The position numbers were made by a program, and so were the translations under genes. A stretch of 63,076 nucleotides of DNA, the filler included, from Intoshia linei (taxonomy: Eukaryota; Animalia; Orthonectida), in NCBI GenBank assembly GCA_001642005.1. It is 6 parts of 6 records of this genome, joined end to end, with 100 filler letters (N's around TTAATTAATTAA, not from the genome) between each part and the next. Parts side by side here need not be neighbours in the genome. Positions count along the whole stretch, not along the records: positions 46,985 to 53,968 come from LWCA01001625.1; positions 54,069 to 58,644 come from LWCA01001908.1; positions 58,745 to 63,076 come from LWCA01001951.1; 3 more parts are not named here. One strand, written 5' to 3'. Shown here in pieces: positions 52,168 to 63,076 of the stretch (the first letter of the stretch is position 1; every line of letters starts with the position of its first letter). The notes under the pieces are model-generated. The model searched no databases and was not told the origin of the DNA. It was given only the letters and a program-made list of their open reading frames with translations.

Positions 52168-52645
52168 TTATATAAGTAAAGATTGTAATAATTATTCATC
52201 TTCATATACATTTTGTGTTTTATAGAGATTTTGATATTTTTTTACATTATTAGTGTGAATTTTGATAAGAAAAAAGACCTTTTAAATTTTGATAAAAAAT
52301 GACCCTGAGAAGTTTCAATAATGTAACTAAATTCTAAAAATCTACATATACAACTTTATATAATTTGCATTATAATTATTATAAATAGCATATATAATTA
52401 AGGATTTATATTATAAAAAGTGTAGTGTAAAAACTAAGCAAACTACTCTCCATTTTTTTTCATAATACATTCTTAACAATACTAGCTTTAGAATTTCGGA
52501 TTAATATTAATTAGAATTTAATACACATATAATTGCCTTGCTGCAAAATTAAAAAAAAATTACCAAATGTGACGATACTGAGAAATATTTTCAATCTTTT
52601 AAAAAAGCGTCCAAATATAGATATATTATTTTTATTAAAAACTAG

Positions 52646-53682
52646 TTTTCCTAAACATGAAATACGATTTAATGTTATGGCCGTTATAAGTGATCAAATT
52701 AAAATGTCCACCGATCAAATTGAAAAACTATCTCGATTAAATGAACCTGTAATATTGATAATTTTTCTTCATTTCTAATTCAACATGTATATATGATATT
52801 TAAATTTAACATTTTAAATACGTAAGTTCGTATTTATAATTATTAATTATCATTTTTAGGAAGATAAAATACAAATTGAACTTTTAAAAGAGCGTTTAGC
52901 CAGTGAAAAAAGAATTAGAAATACTCAAATTGTAATTATATAAAAATATTTTATGTACATTGTACACTATTGCTTCTCTAATTGGGGTTCCCAGTGCGTC
53001 CCCTAGATATAAGGTTCAATATTTACTGTTTTTTGAAAATGTTAAAAAATAAGGCCACTTTATTAAATTTACTTATTTTACAAAACTACCAGCAATTAAC
53101 CTGAATGAATTATTTTTCGTATAAAACGAGAGGCAGACATTGATTAAATACATGACATTAAAACAAATTTTAGTGTGTTATACACTTTATGTTATATACA
53201 TTTGTTTTTACTAATGCTTTGGAAACATGTTTTACAATAATACACCATGTTGGAACCAATGACCTCAGTGGATAGCGGCACATGATGTCTCAATTTACTT
53301 TTTCATTTAGAGAGAAAATATTAGACGAAGACACAATTATGTACCTCTAATTATGCATTTAATTAAAGAATTTTCAATGGATGGTTCAATTGAAAAGCAT
53401 ATCCAAGTATTTTTACTTTTATTTTGATGTAGAGTGTTTTCTAAACTGTTTCATTTATAAACACACTATGTATTTCACCGTTCCCAAGTTGGGTTGGGAA
53501 TCCCAACTTAACCCAGACGATTTAAATTTTTATAGGAGTAATTTATGGACGTCCGTGAATCAGTTGGAAAGCCATTAAACTGTTGATATAGAATCTATAT
53601 TATAGACGTTTAGTATTTTAGATTTTACATAATAATTTAGTCTGAAGAAGAAAAAAGAAAAAAACGTATTAGAAAATTGTAA
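52646..53682 (+). CDS. UCHL5: Ubiquitin C-terminal hydrolase L5 (UCH37), last four exons only
   Basis: EIRFNVMAVISDQ...|...LLKERLASEK...|RENIRRRHNYVPLIMHLIKEF...|SEEEKRKKRIRKL*; the catalytic exons are not visible. Confidence 0.8.
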
Positions 53683-55169
53683 ATTGGTTATATTTAAATA
53701 AATTTTATATTCACTATAAATGGTGTACTATAATAAGGGACAAGAACAAATGTTCAATCAATTTAATTTATTTGCAGTAGATATATAATTTTTGCTTTAA
53801 ATGAGTGGTTCCCGATTGGGTGTCTGGACCACCTGGTAGTCCAAAACCATATGCTTTGGGGTATGTGAGATTCAAATAAAATATTATAAGGTTTTATCAA
53901 CTTTTGTTTAATTTTAGAATTTTAATATTTATTACAGAGTTGCCAGATGTTATGAATGTACCCTAAAGNNNNNNNNNNNNNNNNNNNNNNNNNNNNNNNN
54001 NNNNNNNNNNNNTTAATTAATTAANNNNNNNNNNNNNNNNNNNNNNNNNNNNNNNNNNNNNNNNNNNNAAAAAATATTCATAACTTTGATTTGAGATTTT
54101 TATTAAATTTTGTTTTTCAGATATTTACCTGAAAATATCACCCTAAACCGTGTTGGACTCTAATAAAAACAAATATACTATCATAATATATTGCAACAGT
54201 TTAAATATTCAATGAAAAATTAGATAACTTACTAAAACCCCTGATTTTGGGGCACTTTTCAAAAAATAGTGCCCCAATCCGAGGTCCGACTGTAATTTCA
54301 AAAGCAAAGTTAAATAATTTCAATTTTATATTATAATTACACAACAATTGTACTAACAATCAGTCAATAAAATTTAATTTACAAATTATCCAAATGTCAC
54401 GTTTTCATTAATTTATAAGAAAATATAAAATTTCAGTTTTATCGTTCATTATTAGTAATAATTTATTACATTATATTCTAAAATATCCAAAATAAAGATC
54501 TGAGTAATCATATAAATTTACCCAAATCCAAATTACTCCGATCTGAATACTCATATAAATTGATAATGTAAAATACAAGCTGTAATATTCTAAGACTAAG
54601 TAGCATACTCAAATCTAAGTACTCTGGTGTCTAAAAGTTAATTGCAAATTACAATTATCACTAGACTTCCAAATATCATGTTTTAAACTTATTGTTTGAA
54701 ATGTCTGATAATATTGATGTCTGGTTACATTGAAAATAGTTAAAGATTAAATTGAGAATCTCAACTGAGATATTAAGGTAAGGCTCGATACGCATGCCTA
54801 CCGACACTAATAATAAAGTTATATATTTAGTGCGATTTTTTTGTTTTTTAGATGAATTTTATCATAAAAATAGTTTTTAATGTAAAAAAATTTTTTAATT
54901 GGTTGATTACTATAGCAACATAATATATATTTATATAAATATCTGACATTAAAGGCTTAATAAATAGTGAATACGATCACTAATTATATAATGTTATATA
55001 TCATATTAATCATCATTCACTTATCTTCACAATGATATGACAATTTTTGAGTGTTGAGCAGTGGATTAATATAATTATATGCGCCGTATATATGAATTCC
55101 GTTAATATTCATCATTATAATGAATGATTCAACTAATGCATGGGTTCTTAATTTTTTACACTTGGCATT

Positions 55170-56320
55170 CCTTAATTCAATATAATATTCAATATCCGAT
55201 TTGGCACCCCAAAATGTAATAAACTCAAATTCAAAACAAGTAAATAATATAACTACGATAACACAAAATTTCTAGCTAAAATGGCTAAAACTGGATTTAA
55301 ATTTAAATTAGAAAAAACCTTTGAACATAAGGTGGTTTGTACGATTTATCAATATTATTTATTTTAGTATCGTTTCATATTAACCGATTTCATTTTTTTT
55401 GATAAATGCTTAAAATCAACAAAGGCATCCACATGCAAAATGGGTTTTTCTAATAAAAAAAGTGGACACTCTAATATACATATTAAAAAAGTTAAATTAA
55501 TAAATAAAATTAAACTTTTTTTTCGAAACTTTATTCATGTAAAATGTAAAATATAGCTATAAAATGATTTTTATTCAAAAATTTTCTGGTACCCAAAAAC
55601 CAGTTTGCCACCCCAGGTAAATAACCCATGAACTAATGTAAATACCTCCTTGACAAGCTTGTATTATGAATATTTTGGGTTTTCCAATTAAATAAGGACA
55701 ATTTAATCCATTGAATATATTGGTAATTTTTGATATCAACAAACTTTGTCCCAAAACTCCAAAAACGTGATTTTTAAAACCATGCGATAAAATAATCAGT
55801 ACAAAACAATCTCGATTTTTATGTTCCAACTTTTTAGCTTCACTGTTGAATGTGTCCAGCATTTCCTAAAATTTATCGTAGTAAAAATAAGTGTAAATTA
55901 TAAAAGTATACATGACCTAACCATGGGTTCATAACCTTTTTCTAATTGACACACCTTAATTCAATAAAATGAAATTTGGCACCTCATAAATGTAATAAAC
56001 CTAACTTCCAAAAAAATTAATAATATAACTATGATAACACAAAATTTCTAGCTAAAATAGCTAAAACTAGATTTAAATTTGAATTAGAAAAAAGCGTTAA
56101 ACATAAAAAACACTGTGGTTTGAACGATTTATCAACATCATTTATTTTAGTAAAAAAAGTAAACACCCTAATATACATATTAAAATATTTAATACAATAT
56201 ATATAATTTTATATATGTATTTAGAAAAGTTGAATTAATAAATAGAATTTAACTTTATTTTCGAAATTTCATTAAATTTAAAAAATATAGCTATAAAATG
56301 ATTTTTATTTAAAAATTTTA
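55170..56320. repeat. Two direct about 370-400-bp repeat copies (55170-55580, 55955-56320) flanking the caspase catalytic exon
   Basis: Collinear blocks ccttaattcaat, atttggcacc, gataacacaaaatttctagctaaaat and aatatagctataaaatgatttttatt. Confidence 0.85.
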
Positions 56321-57947
56321 TATAAAAAACAATAAAAATACCATATTTGACATTTTTAATAATATTGGTTACAGCTCCCTAAGTTTTGGAAACTCCCCTG
56401 GCGATAAAGCCCTGCCATTATACCTTAAATAATAACAATACCTGCGATAAAACCACTGTCATCATGTACAATGTACATTGTAATATGCATAATTGTATAA
56501 TTTAATTTAAAGTTAATAAAATGAATTACTTTAACATTAAGATTAGTGTATACTTTTGCAATGAATAACAATTTAGTGAAAATATCTACAAGATCATCAA
56601 CATCCTTTAATGATCCATCTCTATTGGAAAGATTATTGTAGCTTTTTGAAAAGTCAATATTATTAATGATGATTGCATTACCACGTGGTACAGACTTCAT
56701 TCTATAAACAGACTAAATTATAAAACGATGAAGCAAATGTTACCAGATTTTTCACTACATGATTGGTATTTTTAAGACAATAATTTTCTTGGTCAGTTAC
56801 ATTTTTTAACAATACAGACACCGAATCTTTGACATTTACAGGTAAATTTGATGTATTTAATTTCGATAAAATGTTAATTTCACCAAATTTTTGCAATATT
56901 TTTAAAAATGGAATTAAATTTTTGTCACGATACGCTACAACTTTTAAAAGATAATTTATCTTTAAATTGTTATTTTTCTGGTTCTATTAAAATGTGTAAA
57001 ATAGTAATATTATATTAATATAGTTAAGTTGTATTATCATGTTACCGTTTGTTTTGTGTATTCATGGAATTTTTCCCCCTTTACGCTAATCTTAACCAGT
57101 TTAAAAGAATTATGTAATAAAGAAATTCTCAATGTGGACCCCTGGGTTCACCACAACTTTAGATTTGATGACAATTTGTTAAAATATTATAAATTATAAA
57201 ATCTTTTCATCATTTTTAAGTTAATATTTTTCAGTATTTCTCAGCTGTGTAGTGCCAAACGTAAAAAAATGTATTGGTACATTTTTGGTTCTGATATTCA
57301 TTAAAATGTAAATTTTGAAGGTTTTAAGCATTTTTTATTGATTTTTAGTGATTTATTCGTAGTTCTATAAATTTTGTTTATTCGTGGTTATGTTTTTAAT
57401 TAAAATATATATAAAACTGACACAAATAGTGTGATTCAACGGTATCTAGAATTGCATTAAAATCGGAATCGTTTTTTTTAAGATCCAATCGGTATCGTTG
57501 AAAATTTAGGAATCGTCGTATGACTACTGTAGTTAAAATGGACGATTGTTGACACACAATGCTCAAAGAATCTGAAACTTCAAAATCACGGTAACATATT
57601 TCAGGTTAATCCAAACATTGAGAAGATACAACAAAAACATGTAAATAATATTTCAGAAATTTTTTGGGTAAAACAAATGATAATGTAGCATGGAAATCGA
57701 ATAAATTTATTATACGTATTTACTTTATAAAAAACGTATCAAGACTCTTGACTCAAGAGCCGTACGCGGTCCATAGTTTGGATCACTCTGAAGTATTAAT
57801 GATAAAAATAAAAATTACCTCAATGGATTCAATCATAATCCGATTGATGATTCTTTCATTCGACAAGTTATTCATAAAATTATTGGATATGCGTAAATTG
57901 GAAATTAAAAGTAAATGGTTGACTCTTAAAAATTCTTTAAAATACAT
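55646..57947 (-). CDS. CARD-containing initiator caspase; small-subunit exons not found
   Basis: Exon 1 (57819-57947) MYFKEFLRVNHLLLISNL...IMIESIE and the next exon INYLLKVVAYRDKNLIPFLKILQKFGE form a CARD-like domain; p20 has PRGNAIIINN, RDGSLKDVDDL, LIILSHG and GKPKIFIIQACQG. Confidence 0.85.
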
Positions 57948-58176
57948 TAGTTACAATTTTAAATGATTTAAAACGTATATTTTTTAATGATTTAATTCAA
58001 TAAAATGTTGATTTTTGATTACACTACAACAATTACCATGACGGAAATTTTTTGAATTGGAAAAAAGTGATAAATAATTTTCAGTGATAAAAATTTGATA
58101 GTTAAATTTGAAATAAAGTTTTTAGAATAAATTTATTTATTTTACATCAAATTTGTTAGATATTGTTATAGTTGGA

Positions 58177-58281
58177 ATGTTTGAATTACCGGAAAAACAA
58201 AATATATTAAGAAAGCGACCATGTGAATTGCTACGTGAAAAATTATATGATTGCTTGATTGCTAGCGATTGTTGTCAAAAG
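58177..58281 (+). CDS. COA5: Cytochrome c oxidase assembly factor 5 (PET191), first exon only
   Basis: MFELPEKQNILRKRPCELLREKLYDCLIASDCCQK followed by a GTAATT donor; Cx9C and L..SDC pattern of COA5. Confidence 0.7.
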
Positions 58282-58744
58282 GTAATTAAAATACAATTTT
58301 ATGTAATAACTAGGTTGACTGTTATGTACTTTTTACAACAGCACCGAGATATAGCGATGGCGGACTTTTTTAATTCTAGAAAAAAAATAAATTCAATAAT
58401 GATTATAATCAAGTCTTACATAAAAATGCTACTATTCACTGTTTTCAATCCTTTAATGCAAGGTTTCCCAATATTGTTTCACCACGGTGTAATATTTTAG
58501 ATAATGAATATTACGCAATATAAGTTCTATATTTAAAATAAGACAATTTAGTTTGTACAAATATATTATCAATCAATAACTAGTTCCTCAAGGTGAACTT
58601 TACATTTATAATAATTACTGGATTGAATATTACACCTCCGCAACNNNNNNNNNNNNNNNNNNNNNNNNNNNNNNNNNNNNNNNNNNNNTTAATTAATTAA
58701 NNNNNNNNNNNNNNNNNNNNNNNNNNNNNNNNNNNNNNNNNNNN

Positions 58745-59960
58745 CTCGAATAAATAACCAAGATTTTAATTTTTCTGTTTTAAAATTAATTGCACCTCTT
58801 ACAGATAAATAAATATTGACTCACATGATAACTATTATAAATACGGTCAAGTTGATGTTATATCAGTAAAAAAAGCCGATATGGCATCCATTATTACAAA
58901 TACCTCTATTCGAAAAATCAATTCAATGCAAAAACTGTCCAACAATGAATCAAATAAAAATTAAAACCAAGTAAAAGTTCACTATTTTATAATATAAACA
59001 AAATTTTAAAAACCGTTAAAAAAACTTTAATAAATGATGTATCTTCGTTTAACCAGAATTTGTGTTTACATTTTGACGGCATGAGAATAATTAGATATGA
59101 CGGCCATAAAACTGAGAAACTGGCTGTTTGTATTTCTGGAGAAAATTATTCAATACTTATTGCTTTACGGTCATTAAATAATTATAATAGTAACGGTCTT
59201 ACAATATACCAACAAATTCTATATGTCTTGGAGTTATTTAATAATGATGATAAAATATCAATGGTGATTTGCAACAGAAGAAGCTCCAACACCGGTATTC
59301 ATCTGGGTCTAATAACTTATTTGAAACAGATTTTGGCAGAGTTTACATACGAAGGTTGTCGGTTTCATATATTAAATTTATACTTAAACATGTTTTTTAT
59401 ATTGTTTTGCAAGTTAATACAAATTCACCCAATATTTCATTTTTGTTTGTAACAAAACTTAAAGAAAATTTTGTTATTATAAAATTTAAATAAATCGGAG
59501 AAATTAATATATAACACAATGCTAATTTACAGGCAAATTGGCGTAATGACTACAAAGAATTATCTGAACTAATAGACGCTTATAAAACTAATAAAATACC
59601 AAAAAAATCCAATTATCAAATTTAAAAAGCCGGGTGCATTTCTAATTCTCATTGGAATGCATTATCATTATATGCATTAAAACGTACATCTTAAATGTGA
59701 ATAGAGCACCAGAGATAAAAAAAATTTGTGATTTTATAGCATATGTTTGGTCTAAATGTTGGTTTACATGCAGATTTTAAACATTTACAGAATCAAATTC
59801 CTTAGAAGGAGAATTGCTATTAAATTATCCAACTGTAACTAAATGTTTGAACTAGCATTGGCTCCGCAAAAACACTTTAAGCAGAAGGCTAAAAATTTCG
59901 TACTCAAACGAAATAACAGAACGGGCTTTAAAATGCATAGATGACTATTTCATCTGATGA
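58745..59960 (+). mobile_element. Decayed hAT-superfamily (hATm/hATx-like) transposase
   Basis: LHFDG, SNTG, GCRFHILNL (CxxH), WRNDYKELSELI and FKKPGA..W motifs across several frames. Confidence 0.7.
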
Positions 59961-60179
59961 AATATTGGAACAAATGTGTATAAAAAAATATAACAATTAT
60001 AATTAAAATATTTAAAATAAATTTTTATCTAATTATACAACTATTAATATGATAAAATACTGACATTTAATCAATAAAAATAAACTTATATTCGTTTAAA
60101 TTTATCATTTTTTTTAAAATAATTTTTTCGTACTTTGCCTGACCAAATTAAGATTAAATTATAAATTAAAAGCGACATC

Positions 60180-62811
60180 CTACATTGTATACAAAATGGG
60201 ACATACAGTCAAAAATACTTTTTGAATTTCAAACAAAAATGTTAAATTGGGACACTCTACTCTGTATTTACCTTCACATCTAAATTTGTTTTTTTGTAAA
60301 TAATATTTGATTGGATCGCTTTGCACAATATTTTCCTGTTGATAGTAGGATTCATTAAAAGAATTTATTTCATTATATTCCATAGTTGAATTCCAATTTT
60401 TTTCCAATAATTTAACATTTGTTGAATTTATATAAATTTTACTTTTTAATTCATCTGTATCATTTTCTACACTGGCATCAATTTCAACATTTTCATTTTC
60501 AGATTCATTCAATATTTTTGATTTTATATAATTGAATTTTTCAATTTCAAATTTTCCACCAAATATCTAAATTATTCAGATTAGGGTTCCAATTTTTACT
60601 CAATGTTTTATTGTTATTTATTAATTAACTATAATACTCATTATTCACGATTAATCTCAATGGTTCCCAAATTTTCAGATTTTGCTACCAATTTTTAGTA
60701 AGGTTACGACCCCAACTCTATACAAAATATATATAAAATATATCAACTCAAACATTTCATCAAAATGGCACATTTTATTAGATTTTTTATGATTGAAAAA
60801 AGAAACAATTGTTTACGTCACGGGGGTCGGTAATTTATTTAAAATTTCTCATACAAAAAAAAATTTTTATGTAAAACACCAACATGAAATTACTGGGCAA
60901 AATGTAAAAAAATGTGAAAATATAAATTCAGAATTAATTAATATCCTTACTTATGTAAAATAATTTAGTTAAAAATGTATGTCTGTTTATTATATCTAGT
61001 ATATTTATATGTTTGTTTCAGTTTATTTAAGAAAGTAAGAAGATTCTAGTTTTAAAAATTAAATATTTCTAAAACAGTTTTTCTACATTATTGTTTTATC
61101 GCAAATTTAGTTCTGAGAAATTGAGTTCTTCAAGGTCAAAAACCACCAATATCCTATTTATTAAATTCAAAGAGTCCTAATATTATAAAAAATACACAAT
61201 CTGATAAAGATTTTAAATTTATCAATATTATCATAATTTTTAATTACAAAATTTTATATCTTCACCATCAAAACCCCAAATTACCTTTTTCTGTAAAAAT
61301 AACAAAAACCTTGAATTTTATACAACATAAATTGTTGGATATATTTTAATATCATAAAATCCAAAAAAGTTCATTTTCACAATTAAAACTACAGATTACA
61401 CTGTTTTAGAAAATTTCAATATGACAAAGTGACGCCTTCACAATCAAAAAAGCATTTTAATACATGTATTCATTTTTTTTTATTACGAAAATATTATATT
61501 AAAAAAAAATTAACCTAATTAACGGCCCAACAATTAAAGAAAAAGATTATTCTGATACAGTTTATTCAAGTTGATATAAATACAAAATTTCAACCCCAGA
61601 AATCTACGCATTCCCGGTGAAATATAATTTTTAATATATTATCAACCAATATTTTTCAAATGTTAAATTTTAAACATCAAAAAGTAAATATTCATCTTAT
61701 AATTTCAAAAAAGTGTGCTTAGAAATTGTAATAGAAATAATTAGAAATAAAATAATTTTTAACAAACGGGCATTCGGGAACGTCTGGTTTAGGTTGTATT
61801 CAATAAAAAATGTTTTTATTTACCTCTTCGTGTAATGGCTGAAAACTGTCAATCAACAGATGAACAGTTTTTCCAATTTCATCTGATACATTCTTTATTT
61901 GTAAAAATGCAGTCATATTTAATGGTTTTGTAAACAATTTAACTTTTTCTGATGTAAGCGATATTGTTAGTTTAACTGAACAATAAAATATTTGAATCAA
62001 CTCTTTTGAATCATTATAAGAATCTGTTATAGGACCTAAATCGTCATTGTCAAATAATATTTTATAATTATAAAAATTAAGGTTTTCAACCTCGGCGAAA
62101 GTTTATGTGTTTACTCGTCAATAATAAACCCTAAATGTCAGATTTTGACAGATTCATTATTAAACATTTCTGTGATTTAATGAACATCTTAAAAAAAATT
62201 ATTAATAATAAAGTTCATTTTATCTTACTATAATAAATTTCTATAATAGTAACCATAAAAAACGTTACACCTCAATTTATATTTTGTTTCCCCCAATTTT
62301 GATCACCCATCATGGATTTTGAAAACAATTAAAATTTTAAAAATATTCCCTACAAAATTTGCGACCTAAGATTTTTATCAAATGAGTTAATAAGATGGGT
62401 AAAAAAAAAGTTCCCTTAAAACCCCTATCAAATTTTGAACCCAAAATTATCTTCAAAATCTTTTAAAATTTGGTCAAAAAATCAATAATATCAAAATTAA
62501 AAACCATATTTTCTATATTCAATATAATGAATTTATAAATTTAAATAAAATAATGAACTTCTGTAATCTTTATAATGGCTTAGTCACATTTTACAAAAAA
62601 TCATTAGCTATTAAAAAAATTAATTATTAACGCGTTTGACTCTATTTTTAATTTTACAAAATTCTGTTTTATTGTCAACATTATTAAAAAAATTACCTCG
62701 CAGAATCATGAGAACAATATATATCATGATAAAATAACGTATAAAGGTTAATATAAACCAAGGAATCATCATTAGAAAGTCTTTTATATTTTCATCTCTG
62801 CATTGTACCAT
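60180..62811 (-). CDS. Possible multi-exon gene(s) of unknown function
   Basis: Exon-like open frames at 60180-60567, about 61820-62060 and 62620-62811 between repeats; no recognisable motif. Confidence 0.3.
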
Positions 62812-63076
62812 TTTAGTTTACAATTTTTATTTTTGTATTTTTTGTAGAAATGTTTTTATTAACGCAAAATAAATTTGTTTATACATTTTAGCTATAATCT
62901 CAACATTTTGCATACTTACAGACTGTAAGTTACTGTACTTTATAAACACAAAACCGGTTCAAAGTTCCAACTTCAAAAGTTAACCTTTTTTCTCAGAATC
63001 TATAAAATCAACCCCAAAAATTTACGCATTCCCAGTGAAAAATAATTTTTAATATATTATCAACCAATATTTTTCA

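Noticed and set aside
1-63076. CRISPR arrays, rRNA, tRNA or prokaryotic operons
   Set aside because: None seen; the window is intron-containing eukaryotic DNA and its repeats are transposon-like.

Overview
Very AT-rich, gene-dense animal genomic DNA with tiny (about 30-50 nt) GT-AG introns, many decayed DNA transposons and MITEs, and five 100-nt scaffold gaps. The style suggests a reduced-genome invertebrate such as the orthonectid Intoshia; this is an inference only. Genes reconstructed by hand from spliced exons: alpha-SNAP (5' part), WDR6, a PKA regulatory subunit, a C8orf89-motif protein, TMED10, PPP4R4, a TIM23 3' fragment, MNK kinase, XBP1, IFT22, ZNHIT3, an SLC6 pseudogene, an EDEM mannosidase, UCHL5 (3' part), a CARD caspase and COA5 (exon 1). 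The main find, invisible in the ORF track, is an XBP1 gene with a clean IRE1-type double stem-loop. It defines a 20-nt non-spliceosomal intron (38837-38856) whose removal frameshifts into a C-terminus carrying the conserved DHIYSKP motif, and there is an ERSE-like element just upstream of the ATG. Other oddities are a PKA-R with RII-type cAMP domains but no docking domain and an Ala pseudosubstrate, a DD35E Tc1 element, a SPIN-like hAT, an IS630/Sailor-like element, and a 99-bp LTR. All family assignments come from motif recognition, not database searches.
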